Part shown: positions 50,507 to 63,900 of the stretch, piece after piece | Position numbering within the stretch: position 1 is the first letter of the stretch | How the letters are laid out: every line of letters starts with the position of its first letter | Origin: Nemertoderma westbladi | Lineage: Eukaryota > Animalia > Xenacoelomorpha | Direction: 5' to 3' | Length of the DNA: 64,000 nt | NCBI GenBank assembly: GCA_032718475.1 | Contig: JAUCBJ010007785.1 | Span: 62,001 to 126,000, forward strand | The notes under the pieces: model-generated | Told to the model about the DNA's origin: nothing | The model's input: the letters and a program-made list of their open reading frames with translations, nothing else | Database searches by the model: none | Made by a program: the position numbers and the translations under genes

Positions 50507-50612
50507 CTGCACCATACTGCGCTAGTGCGCATAAACCCATGGCCGATATGCTGTGTCTTTGATCCCGGTCTTTTTCGTTAAGAGGTGTCAATAAGTTGAG
50601 TTTGTTGTTGAC
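50507..50612 (-). CDS. Internal GPCR exon (ICL3): VNNKLNLLTPLNEKDRDQRHSISAMGLCALAQYGA
   Basis: Consensus donor CAG|gtaagt at 50506, phase 1, fits the next exon. Acceptor uncertain: ttttctttattacttaag (start 50612, phase 0, fits the upstream exon) or atgctttag (start 50644, phase 1). Confidence 0.6.
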
Positions 50613-50954
50613 CTTAAGTAATAAAGAAAATTCCCATAAACGATCTAAAGCATAAATGCAACTTTGTTAGCATTATATTGCATTGCAAAGGACCATTTGC
50701 AGAACTCGCCATTAAACAAACTAAATTGTCTGCACTGCAAACACAGTAACACTAATTGCATTTGTACCGTGCGGTAGGCAGAGGCGAACAATCTTCGCAA
50801 ATCTTCGCAAAATGAGTGTTAATAACCTCGTTTATTGTTTTGGTTAGAAAAATTCGTCTCTGTAACCTATCGTGCCTGTAACCTGCTCCTTTCACGCAAT
50901 CGGGCGAAGGATGGACGCGGGCGAAGATTGCATCCAACCGGATATGACTGACAT

Positions 50955-51115
50955 GCCATGTCCCCGACTGATATACAATTATCCCAGGATGGTATACAAC
51001 GTCCAAGACTGCTATTCTATGTAACAGACTGATAAACAATGTCACAGTCTAATATACCATGTCCCAAACTGATATACCACGTATACATGTATGCCATATC
51101 CCAGACTCATATACA
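50955..51115 (+). repeat. Degenerate ~20-bp repeats (CATGTCCCAGACTGATATAC-like)
   Basis: Related copies near 50957, 51038, 51058 and 51094. Confidence 0.5.
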
Positions 51116-51207
51116 GTCGTAACGTTGTATAACGTGGTAGACTGCTATAACACAGACTGATCTAACATTAACTCATTACACAGAACATTAAAGTCGCACA
51201 TCCTTAC

Positions 51208-51377
51208 CGTTCCTTTATCTATTTTCCGTTCATGTAGAGCTTCCCTTAGGAATTCTGGTGTAACTTGTTGTTGATCTCGATTCGCAATATAATCTACACT
51301 CTTACTACGTCGCACATCCACGGTCTCCTCTACCCGGAGTTCCTGTCCATACATCTGCGCTTGTCTGACATCGGTCA
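51208..51377 (-). CDS. Internal GPCR exon (170 bp, probable ICL3): TDVRQAQMYGQELRVEETVDVRRSKSVDYIANRDQQQVTPEFLREALHERKIDKGT
   Basis: Acceptor atatttgcag, donor ACG|gtaagg, only one open frame (phase 1 in, phase 0 out). Confidence 0.6.
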
Positions 51378-51547
51378 CTGCAAATATTAACAATTGAATC
51401 GGTCATACGGTAATAGGGAGTAAGTATGATTTTGTCAAAATTGAGTTAAACATCGATTATAGTACATTTTATTGTGCTGAATCGGCCGGGCCAGTCACGA
51501 TGGCTGAGGCATACCATTAATAGTTATGAAGATGTTTACATTTCAAT

Positions 51548-51793
51548 GATACTCCCTTTTAGCATTGAGAATCAAAAAGGAGTAAGTGAGTAAGATACTC
51601 CCTTTTAGCATTGAGAATCAAAAAGGTGTACGTGAGTACGATACTCCCTTTTAGCATTGAGAATCAAAAAGGAGTAAGTGAGTACGATACTCCCTTTTAG
51701 CATTGAGAATCAAAAATGAGTAAGTGAGTAAGATACTCCCTTTTAGCGTTGAGAAGAATCAAAAAGGTGTAAGTGAGTAAGATACTCCCTTTT
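51548..51793 (+). repeat. 46-bp minisatellite (~5.3 copies) GATACTCCCTTTTAGCATTGAGAATCAAAAAGGAGTAAGTGAGTAA
   Basis: Units start at 51548, 51594, 51640, 51686, 51732 and 51781. Confidence 0.95.
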
Positions 51794-51929
51794 GCCATTC
51801 ACTGAGATAAAACCAATATTGGCGGGAATTATGAATTAAGGGTGACAGCAGATGGCATACTGTATGAAGAACTCTATGAATATTCTGGTGTACCGGAACT
51901 CTTAAGACAAAGTTACTCACATCATCAGC

Positions 51930-54900
51930 ATGAACTAATTGGATAAGGTTTGGTAGGTCCCAAAATGAACTAATTGGATAAGGTTTGGTAGGTCTCAGAA
52001 TGAACTATTTGGATAAGGTTTGGTAGGTCAAAAAAATGAACTAATTGGATAAGGTTTGGTAGGTCCCAAAATGAACTAATTGGATAAGGTTTGGTGGGTC
52101 TCAGAATGAACTAATTGGGTAAGGTTTGGTAGGTCTCAGAATGAACTATTTGGATAAGGTTTGGTAGGTCTCAAAATGAACTATTTGGATAAGGTTTGGT
52201 AGGTCAAAAAAATGAACTAATTGGGTAAGGTTTGGTAGGTCTCAGAATGAACTATTTGGATAAGGTTTGGTAGGTCTCAAAATGAACTATTTGGATAAGG
52301 TTTGGTAGGTCAAAAAAATGAACTAATTGGATAAGGTTTGGTAGGTCTCAGAATGAACTATTTGGATAAGGTTTGGTAGGTCTCAGAATGAACTACTAAT
52401 TGGATAAGGTTTGGTGGGTCTCAGAATGAACTATTTGGATAAGGTTTGGTAGGTCTCAAAATTAACTAATTGGGTAAGGTTTGGTAGGTCTCAGAATGAA
52501 CTAATTGGATAAGGTTTGGTAGGTCTCAGAATGAACTAATTGGATAAGGTTTGGTAGGTCTCAGAATGAACTAATTGGATAAGGTTTGGTAGGTCTCAGA
52601 ATGAACTATTTGGATAAGGTTTGGTAGGTCAAAAAAATGAACTAATTGGATAAGGTTTGGTGGGTCTCAGAATTAACTAATTGGGTAAGGTTTGGTAGGT
52701 CTCAGAATGAACTATTTGGATAAGGTTTGGTAGGTATCAAAATGATCTATTTGGATAAGGTTTGGTAGGTCTCAGAATGAACTAATTGGATAAGGTATGG
52801 TAGGTCTCAGAATGAACTAATTGGATAAGGTTTGGTAGGTCTCAAAATGAACTACTAATTGGATAAGGTTTGGTAGGTCTCAGAATGAACTACTAATTGG
52901 ATAAGGTTTGGTGGGTCTCAGAATGAACTATTTGGATAAGGTTTGGTAGGTCTCAGAATGAACTATTTGGATAAGGTTTGGTAGGTCAAAAAAATGAACT
53001 AATTGGATAAGGTTTGGTGGGTCTCAGAATTAACTAATTGGGTAAGGTTTGGTAGGTCTCAGAATGAACTATTTGGATAAGGTTTGGTAGGTATCAAAAT
53101 GATCTATTTGGATAAGGTTTGGTAGGTCTCAGAATGAACTAATTGGATAAGGTTTGGTAGGTCTCAGAATGAACTAATTGGATAAGGTATGGTAGGTCTC
53201 AGAATGACCTAATTGGATAAGGTTTGGTAGGTCTCAAAATGAACTACTAATTGGATAAGGTTTGGTAGGTCTCAGAATGAACTAATTGGATAAGGTTTGG
53301 TAGGTCTCAGAATGAACTACTAATTAGATAAGGTTTGGTAGGTCTCAGAATGAACTATTTGGATAAGGTTTAGTAGGTCTCAGAATGAACTAATTGGATA
53401 AGGTTTGGTAGGTCTCAGAATGAACTACTAATTGGATAAGGTTTGGTAGGTCTCAGAATGAAATACTAATTGGATAAGGTTTGGTAGGTCTCAGAATGAA
53501 CTACTAATTGGATAAGGTTTGGTAGGTCTCAGAATGAACTACTAATTGGATAAGGTTTGGTGGGTCTCAGAATGAACTAATTGGATAAGGTTTGGTAGGT
53601 CTCAAAAAGAACTATTTGGATAAGGTTTGGTAGGTCAAAAAAATGAACTATTTGGATAAGGTTTGGTAGGTCAAAAAAATTAACTAATTGGATAAGGTTT
53701 GGTGGGTCTCAGAATGAACTATTTGGATAAGGTTTGGTAGGTCTCAGAATGAACTAATTGGGTAAGGTTTGGTAGGTCTCAGTATGAACTATTTGGATAA
53801 GGTTTGGTAGGTATCAGAATGAACTAATTGGATAAGGTATGGTAGGTCTCAGAATGAACTAATTGGATAAGGTTTGGTGGGTCTCAGAATTAACTAATTG
53901 GGTAAGGTTTGGTAGGTCTCAGAATGAACTAATTGGATAAGGTTTGGTAGGTCAAAAAAATTAACTAATTGGATAAGGTTTGGTGGGTCTCAGAATTAAC
54001 TAATTGGATAAGGTTTGGTAGGTCTCAGAATGAACTATTTGGATAAGGTTTGGTAGGTCTCAGAATGAACTATTTGGATAAGGTTTGGTAGGTCTCAGAA
54101 TGAACTATTTGGATAAGGTTTGGTAGGTATCAGAATGAACTAATTGGATAAGGTATGGTAGGTCTCAGAATGAACTACTAATTGGATAAGGTTTGGTGGG
54201 TCTCAGAATGAACTATTTGGATAAGGTTTGGTAGGTCTCAGAATGAACTAATTGGATAAGGTTTGGTAGGTCTCAGAATGAACTAATTGGGTAAGGTTTG
54301 GTAGGTCTCAGAATGAACTATTTGGATAAGGTTTGGTAGGTATCAAAATGATCTATTTGGATAAGGTTTGGTAGGTCTCAGAATGAACTAATTGGATAAG
54401 GTTTGGTAGGTCTCAGAATGAACTAATTGGATAAGGTATGGTAGGTCTCAGAATGACCTAATTGGATAAGGTTTGGTAGGTCTCAAAATGAACTACTAAT
54501 TGGATAAGGTTTGGTAGGTCTCAGAATGAACTAATTGGATAAGGTTTGGTAGGTCTCAGAATGAACTACTAATTGGATAAGGTTTGGTAGGTCTCAGAAT
54601 GAACTATTTGGATAAGGTTTAGTAGGTCTCAGAATGAACTAATTGGATAAGGTTTGGTAGGTCTCAGAATGAACTACTAATTGGATAAGGTTTGGTAGGT
54701 CTCAGAATGAATACTAATTGGATAAGGTTTGGTAGGTCTCAGAATGAACTACTAATTGGATAAGGTTTGGTAGGTCTCAGAATGAACTACTAATTGGATA
54801 AGGTTTGGTGGGTCTCAGAATGAACTAATTGGATAAGGTTTGGTAGGTCTCAAAAAGAACTATTTGGATAAGGTTTGGTAGGTCAAAAAAATGAACTATT

Positions 54901-57900
54901 TGGATAAGGTTTGGTAGGTCAAAAAATTAACTAATTGGATAAGGTTTGGTGGGTCTCAGAATGAACTATTTGGATAAGGTTTGGTAGGTCTCAGAATGAA
55001 CTAATTGGGTAAGGTTTGGTAGGTCTCAGTATGAACTATTTGGATAAGGTTTGGTAGGTATCAGAATGAACTAATTGGATAAGGTATGGTAGGTCTCAGA
55101 ATGAACTAATTGGATAAGGTTTGGTGGGTCTCAGAATTAACTAATTGGGTAAGGTTTGGTAGGTCTCAGAATGAACTAATTGGATAAGGTTTGGTAGGTC
55201 AAAAAAATTAACTAATTGGATAAGGTTTGGTGGGTCTCAGAATTAACTAATTGGATAAGGTTTGGTAGGTCTCAGAATGAACTATTTGGATAAGGTTTGG
55301 TAGGTCTCAGAATGAACTATTTGGATAAGGTTTGGTAGGTCTCAGAATGAACTATTTGGATAAGGTTTGGTAGGTATCAGAATGAACTAATTGGATAAGG
55401 TATGGTAGGTCTCAGAATGAAACTAATTGGATAAGGTTTGGTAGGTCTCAGAATGAACTAATTGGATAAGGTTTGGTAGGTCTCAAAATGAACTATTTGG
55501 ATAAGGTTTGGTAGGTCAAAAAAATGAACTATTTGGATAAGGTTTGGTAGGTCTCAGAATGAACTAATTGGATAAGGTTTGGTGGGTCTCAGAATGAACT
55601 AATTGGGTAAGGTTTGGTAGGTCAAAAAATTAACTAATTGGATAAGGTTTGGTAGGTCCCAAAATGAACTAATTGGGTAAGGTTTGGTAGGTCAAAAAAA
55701 TTAACTAATTGGATAAGGTTTGGTGGGTCTCAGAATGAACTAATTGGGTAAGGTTTGGTAGGTCTCAGAATGAACTAATTGGATAAGGTTTGGTAGGTCT
55801 CAAAATGAACTATTTGGATAAGGTTTGGTAGGTCTCAAAATTAACTAATTGGGTAAGGTTTGGTAGGTCTCAGAATTAACTAATTGGATAAGGTTTGGTG
55901 GGTCTCAGAATGAACTAATTGGGTAAGGTTTGGTAGGTCTCAGAATGAACTAATTGGATAAGGTTTGGTAGGTCTCAGAATGAACTAATTGGATAAGGTT
56001 TGGTAGGTCTCAGAATGAACTAATTGGATAAGGTTTGGTAGGTCTCAAAATGAACTATTTGGGTAAGGTTTGGTAGGTCTCAGAATGAACTAATTGGATA
56101 AGGTTTGGTAGGTCTCAGAATGAACTAATTGGATAAGGTTTGGTGGGTCTCAGAATGAACTAATTGGATAAGGTTTGGTAGGTCTCAAAATTAACTAATT
56201 GGGTAAGGTTTGGTAGGTCTCAGAATGAACTAATTGGATAAGGTTTGGTGGGTCTCAGAATGAACTAATTGGGTAAGGTTTGGTAGGTCTCAGAATGAAC
56301 TAATTGGATAAGGTTTGGTAGGTATCAGAATGAACTATTTGGATAAGGTTTGGTAGGTCTCAGAATGAACTATTTGGATAAGTTTTGGTAGGTCAAAAAA
56401 ATTAACTAATTGGATAAGGTTTGGTAGGTCAAAACAATGAACTAATTGGATAAGGTTTGGTAGGTCCCAAAACGAACTAATTGGGTAAGGTTTGGTAGGT
56501 CAAAAAAATTAACTAATTGGATAAGGTTTGGTGGGTCTCAGAATGAACTAATTGGGTAAGGTTTGGTAGGTCTCAGAATTAACTATTTGGATAAGGTTTG
56601 GTAGGTCTCAGAATGAACTAATTGGATAAGGTTTGGTAGGTCTCAGAATGAACTAATTGGATATGGTTTGGTAGGTCTCAGAATGAACTATTTGGATAAG
56701 GTTTGGTAGGTCTCAAAATGAACTATTTGGATAAGGTTTGGTAGGTCAAAAAAATGAACTAATTGGATAAGGTTTGGTGGTTCTCAGAATGAACTAATTG
56801 GATAAGGTTTGGTAGGTCTCAGAATGAACTACTAATTGGATAAGGTTTGGTGGGTCTCAAAATTAACTAATTGGGTAAGGTTTGGTAGGTCTCAGAATGA
56901 ACTAATTGGATAAGGTTTGGTAGGTCTCAGAATGAACTAATTGGATAAGGTTTGGTAGGTCTCAGAATGAACTAATTGGATAAGGTTTGGTAGATCTCAG
57001 AATGAACTATTTGGATAAGGTTTGGTGGGTCTCAGAATGAACTAATTGGGTAAGGTTTGGTAGGTCCCAAAATGAACTAATTGGATAAGGTTTGGTGGGT
57101 CTCAGAATGAACTAATTGGGTAAGGTTTGGTAGGTCTCAGAATGAACTAATTGGATAAGGTTTGGTAGATCTCAGAATGAACTATTTGGATAAGGTTTGG
57201 TAGGTCTCAAAATGAACTATTTGGATAAGGTTTGGTAGGTCTCAAAATGAACTATTTGGATAAGGTTTGGTAGGTCTCAAAATTAACTAATTGGGTAAGG
57301 TTTGGTAGGTCTCAGAATTAACTAATTGGATAAGGTTTGGTGGGTCTCAGAATGAACTAATTGGGTAAGGTTTGGTAGGTCTCAGAATGAACTAATTGGA
57401 TAAGGTTTGGTAGGTATCAGAATGAACTATTTGGATAAGGTTTGGTAGGTCTCAGAATGAACTATTTGGATAAGTTTTGGTAGGTCAAAAAAATTAACTA
57501 ATTGGATAAGGTTTGGTAGGTCAAAAAAATGAACTATTTGGATAAGGTTTGGTAGGTCAAAAAAATGAACTAATTGGATAAGGTTTGGTGGGTCTCAGAA
57601 TGAACTAATTGGGTAAGGTTTGGTAGGTCTCAGAATGAACTATTTGGATAAGGTTTGGTAGGTCTCAGAATGAACTAATTGGATAAGGTTTGGTAGGTAT
57701 CAGAATGAACTATTTGGATAAGGTTTGGTAGGTCTCAAAATGAACTATTTGGATAAGGTTTGGTAGGTCTCAAAATTAACTAATTGGGTAAGGTTTGGTA
57801 GGTCTCAGAATTAACTAATTGGATAAGGTTTGGTGGGTCTCAGAATGAACTAATTGGGTAAGGTTTGGTAGGTCTCAGAATGAACTAATTGGATAAGGTT

Positions 57901-60900
57901 TGGTAGGTATCAGAATGAACTATTTGGATAAGGTTTGGTAGGTCTCAAAATGAACTATTTGGATAAGGTTTGGTAGGTCTCAAAATTAACTAATTGGGTA
58001 AGGTTTGGTAGGTCTCAGAATTAACTAATTGGATAAGGTTTGGTGGGTCTCAGAATGAACTAATTGCATAAGGTTTGGTAGGTCTCAGAATGAACTACTA
58101 ATTGGATAAGGTTTGGTGGGTCTCAGAATGAACTAATTGGATAAGGTTTGGTAGGTCTCAAAATTAACTAATTGGGTAAGGTTTGGTAGGTCTCAAAATG
58201 AACTAATTGGGTAAGGTTTGGTAGGTCTCAGAATGAACTAATTGGATAAGGTTTGGTGGGTCTCAGAATGAACTAATTGGATAAGGTTTGGTAGGTCTCA
58301 AAATTAACTAATTGGGTAAGGTTTGGTAGGTCTCAAAATGAACTAATTGGGTAAGGTTTGGTAGGTCTCAAAATGAACTAATTGGGTAAGGTTTGGTAGG
58401 TCTCAGAATGAACTAATTGGATAAGGTTTGGTGGGTCTCAGAATGAACTAATTGGATAAGGTTTGGTAGGTCTCAAAATTAACTAATTGGGTAAGGTTTG
58501 GTAGGTCTCAAAATGAACTAATTGGGTAAGGTTTGGTAGGTCTCAGAATGAACTAATTGGATAAGGTTTGGTGGGTCTCAGAATGAACTAATTGGATAAG
58601 GTTTGGTAGGTCTCAGAATGAACTAATTGGGTAAGGTTTGGTAGGTCTCAGAATGAACTAATTGGATAAGGTTTGGTAGGTCTCAGAATGAACTATTTGG
58701 ATAAGGTTTGGTAGGTCTCAAAATGAACTATTTGGATAAGGTTTGGTAGGTCTCAAAATTAACTAATTGGGTAAGGTTTGGTAGGTCTCAGAATGAACTA
58801 ATTGGATAAGGTTTGGTAGGTCTCAGAATGAACTAATTGGGTAAGGTTTGGTAGGTCTCAGAATGAACTAATTGGATAAGGTTTGGTGGGTCTCAGAATG
58901 AACTAATTGGATAAGGTTTGGTAGGTCTCAGAATTAACTAATTGGATAAGGTTTGGTAGGTCTCAAAATGAACTATTTGGATAAGGTTTGGTAGGTCTCA
59001 AAATAACTATTTGGATAAGGTTTGGTAGGTCTCAAAATGAACTAATTGGGTAAGGTTTGGTAGGTCTCAGAATGAACTAATTGGATAAGGTTTGGTAGGT
59101 CTCAGAATGAACTAATTGGATAAGGTTTGGTAGGTCTCAGAATTAACTAATTGGGTAAGGTTTGGTAGGTCTCAGAATGAACTAATTGGATAAGTTTTGG
59201 TAGGTCTCAGAATGAACTAATTGGATAAGGTTTGGTAGGTCTCAGAATGAACTATTTGGATAAGGTTTGGTGGGTCTCAAAATGAACTAATTGGGTAAGG
59301 TTTGGTGGGTCTCAGAATGAACTAATTGGGTAAGGTTTGGTAGGTCTCAGAATGAACTAATTGGGTAAGGTTTGGTAGGTCTCAAAATGAACTATTTGGA
59401 TAAGGTTTGGTAGGTCTCAGAATGAACTATTTGGATAAGGTTTGGTAGGTCTCAGAATGAACTAATTGGGTAAGGTTTGGTAGGTCTCAGAATGAACTAT
59501 TTGGATAAGGTTTGGTGGGTCTCAAAATGAACTAATTGGGTAAGGTTTGGTGGGTCTCAGAATGAACTAATTGGGTAAGGTTTGGTAGGTCTCAGAATGA
59601 ACTAATTGGGTAAGGTTTGGTAGGTCTCAAAATGAACTATTTGGATAAGGTTTGGTAGGTCTCAGAATGAACTAATTGGATAAGGTTTGGTAGGTCTCAG
59701 AATGAACTAATTGGATAAGGTTTGGTAGGTCAAAAAAATTAACTAATTGGATAAGGTTTGGTAGGTCTCAGAATGAACTAATTGGATAAGGTTTGGTAGG
59801 TCTCAGAATGAACTAATTGGATAAGGTTTGGTAGGTCTCAGAATGAACTAATTGGATAAGGTTTGGTAGGTCTCAGAATGAACTAATTGGATAAGGTTTG
59901 GTAGGTCTCAGAATGAACTAATTGGATAAGGTTTGGTAGGTCTCAGAATGAACTAATTGGGTAAGTTTTGGTAGGTCTCAGAATGAACTATTTGGATAAG
60001 GTTTGGTAGGTCTCAGAATTAACTAATTGGATAAGGTTTGGTAGGTCTCAGAATGAACTAATTGGATAAGGTTTGGTAGGTCAAAAAAATTAACTAATTG
60101 GATAAGGTTTGGTAGGTCTCAGAATGAACTAATTGGATAAGGTTTGGTAGGTCTCAGAATGAACTAATTGGATAAGGTTTGGTAGGTCTCAGAATGAACT
60201 AATTGGATAAGGTTTGGTAGGTATCAGAATGAACTATTTGGATAAGGTTTGGTAGGTCTCAGAATGAACTATTTGGATAAGTTTTGGTAGGTCAAACAAA
60301 TTAACTAATTGGATAAGGTTTGGTAGGTCAAAAAAATGAACTATTTGGATAAGGTTTGGTAGGTCAAAAAAATGAACTAATTGGATAAGGTTTGGTGGGT
60401 CTCAGAATGAACTAATTGGGTAAGGTTTGGTAGGTCTCAGAATGAACTATTTGGATAAGGTTTGGTAGGTCTCAGAATGAACTAATTGGATAAGGTTTGG
60501 TAGGTATCAGAATGAACTATTTGGATAAGGTTTGGTAGGTCTCAAAATGAACTATTTGGATAAGGTTTGGTAGATCTCAAAATTAACTAATTGGGTAAGG
60601 TTTGGTAGGTCTCAGAATTAACTAATTGGATAAGGTTTGGTGGGTCTCAGAATGAACTAATTGGGTAAGGTTTGGTAGGTCTCAGAATGAACTAATTGGA
60701 TAAGGTTTGGTAGGTATCAGAATGAACTATTTGGATAAGGTTTGGTAGGTCTCAAAATGAACTATTTGGATAAGGTTTGGTAGGTCTCAAAATTAACTAA
60801 TTGGGTAAGGTTTGGTAGGTCTCAGAATTAACTAATTGGATAAGGTTTGGTGGGTCTCAGAATGAACTAATTGCATAAGGTTTGGTAGGTCTCAGAATGA

Positions 60901-63900
60901 ACTACTAATTGGATAAGGTTTGGTGGGTCTCAGAATGAACTAATTGGATAAGGTTTGGTAGGTCTCAAAATTAACTAATTGGGTAAGGTTTGGTAGGTCT
61001 CAAAATGAACTATTTGGATAAGGTTTGGTAGGTCTCAAAATGAACTATTTGGATAAGGTTTGGTAGGTCTCAAAATTAACTAATTGGGTAAGGTTTGGTA
61101 GGTCTCAGAATTAACTAATTGGATAAGGTTTGGTGGGTCTCAGAATGAACTAATTGGGTAAGGTTTGGTAGGTCTCAGAATGAACTAATTGGATAAGGTT
61201 TGGTAGGTATCAGAATGAACTATTTGGATAAGGTTTGGTAGGTCTCAGAATGAACTATTTGGATAAGTTTTGGTAGGTCAAAAAAATTAACTAATTGGAT
61301 AAGGTTTGGTAGGTCAAAAAAATGAACTATTTGGATAAGGTTTGGTAGGTCAAAAAAATGAACTAATTGGATAAGGTTTGGTGGGTCTCAGAATGAACTA
61401 ATTGGGTAAGGTTTGGTAGGTCTCAGAATGAACTACTTGGATAAGGTTTGGTAGGTCTCAGAATGAACTAATTGGATAAGGTTTGGTAGGTATCAGAATG
61501 AACTATTTGGATAAGGTTTGGTAGGTCTCAAAATGAACTATTTGGATAAGGTTTGGTAGGTCTCAAAATTAACTAATTGGGTAAGGTTTGGTAGGTCTCA
61601 GAATTAACTAATTGGATAAGGTTTGGTGGGTCTCAGAATGAACTAATTGGGTAAGGTTTGGTAGGTCTCAGAATGAACTAATTGGATAAGGTTTGGTAGG
61701 TATCAGAATGAACTATTTGGATAAGGTTTGGTAGGTCTCAAAATGAACTATTTGGATAAGGTTTGGTAGGTCTCAAAATTAACTAATTGGGTAAGGTTTG
61801 GTAGGTCTCAGAATTAACTAATTGGGTAAGGTTTGGTAGGTCTCAGAATGAACTAATTGGATAAGGTTTGGTGGGTCTCAGAATGAACTAATTGGATAAG
61901 GTTTGGTAGGTCTCAAAATTAACTAATTGGGTAAGGTTTGGTAGGTCTCAGAATGAACTAATTGGATAAGGTTTGGTGGGTCTCAGAATGAACTAATTGG
62001 GTAAGGTTTGGTAGGTCTCAGAATGAACTAATTGGATAAGGTTTGGTAGGTATCAGAATGAACTATTTGGATAAGGTTTGGTAGGTCTCAGAATGAACTA
62101 TTTGGATAAGTTTTGGTAGGTCAAAAAAATTAACTAATTGGATAAGGTTTGGTAGGTCAAAACAATGAACTAATTGGATAAGGTTTGGTAGGTCCCAAAA
62201 CGAACTAATTGGGTAAGGTTTGGTAGGTCAAAAAAATTAACTAATTGGATAAGGTTTGGTGGGTCTCAGAATGAACTAATTGGGTAAGGTTTGGTAGGTC
62301 TCAGAATTAACTATTTGGATAAGGTTTGGTAGGTCTCAGAATGAACTAATTGGATAAGGTTTGGTAGGTCTCAGAATGAACTAATTGGATATGGTTTGGT
62401 AGGTCTCAGAATGAACTATTTGGATAAGGTTTGGTAGGTCTCAAAATGAACTATTTGGATAAGGTTTGGTAGGTCAAAAAAATGAACTAATTGGATAAGG
62501 TTTGGTGGTTCTCAGAATGAACTAATTGGATAAGGTTTGGTAGGTCTCAGAATGAACTACTAATTGGATAAGGTTTGGTGGGTCTCAAAATTAACTAATT
62601 GGGTAAGGTTTGGTAGGTCTCAGAATGAACTAATTGGATAAGGTTTGGTAGGTCTCAGAATGAACTAATTGGATAAGGTTTGGTAGGTCTCAGAATGAAC
62701 TAATTGGATAAGGTTTGGTAGATCTCAGAATGAACTATTTGGATAAGGTTTGGTGGGTCTCAGAATGAACTAATTGGGTAAGGTTTGGTAGGTCCCAAAA
62801 TGAACTAATTGGATAAGGTTTGGTGGGTCTCAGAATGAACTAATTGGGTAAGGTTTGGTAGGTCTCAGAATGAACTAATTGGATAAGGTTTGGTAGGTCT
62901 CAGAATGAACTATTTGGATAAGGTTTGGTAGGTCTCAAAATGAACTATTTGGATAAGGTTTGGTAGGTCTCAAAATGAACTATTTGGATAAGGTTTGGTA
63001 GGTCTCAAAATTAACTAATTGGGTAAGGTTTGGTAGGTCTCAGAATGAACTAATTGGATAAGGTTTGGTAGGTCTCAGAATGAACTAATTGGATAAGGTT
63101 TGGTAGGTCTCAGAATGAACTATTTGGATAAGGTTTGGTAGGTCCATCAGAAATTGAACTAATTGTGGATAAGGTTTGGTAGGTCTCAGAATTACTAATT
63201 GGATAAGGTTTGGTGGGTCTCAAATAACTAATTGGGTAAGGTTTGGTAGGTCTCAGAATGAACTAATTGGATAAGGTTTGGTAGGTCTCAGAATGAACTA
63301 ATTGGATAAGGTTTGGTAGGTCTCAGAATGAACTAATTGGATAAGGTTTGGTAGTCTCAGAATGAACTATTGGATAAGGTTTGGTGGGTCTCAGAATGAA
63401 CTAATTGGGTAAGGTTTGGTAGGTCCCAAAATGAACTAATTGGATAAGGTTTGGTGGGTCTCAGAATGAACTAATTGGGTAAGGTTTGGTAGGTCTCAGA
63501 ATGAACTATTTGGATAAGGTTTGGTAGGTCTCAAAATGAACTATTTGGATAAGGTTTGGTAGGTCTCAAAATGAACTATTTGGATAAGGTTTGGTAGGTC
63601 TCAAAATTAACTAATTGGGTAAGGTTTGGTAGGTCTCAGAATTAACTAATTGGATAAGGTTTGGTGGGTCTCAGAATGAACTAATTGGGTAAGGTTTGGT
63701 AGGTCTCAGAATGAACTAATTGGATAAGGTTTGGTAGGTATCAGAATGAACTATTTGGATAAGGTTTGGTAGGTCTCAGAATGAACTATTTGGATAAGTT
63801 TTGGTAGGTCAAAAAAATTAACTAATTGGATAAGGTTTGGTAGGTCAAAAAAATGAACTATTTGGATAAGGTTTGGTAGGTCAAAAAAATGAACTAATTG

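Noticed and set aside
50752-51045. 97-aa minus-strand ORF as an extra GPCR exon
   Set aside because: It overlaps degenerate repeats, has no convincing phase-compatible splice sites, and is not needed for the gene model.
51915-52005. Donor-like GTGAGT (minus strand, 51920-51915) beside satellite 2, suggesting an exon made of the first units
   Set aside because: The open frame ends in phase 0 but the next exon needs phase 1, and no bridging exon was found.
63140-63372. Cluster of indel-bearing satellite units
   Set aside because: Scattered small indels in a short stretch look like local consensus error.
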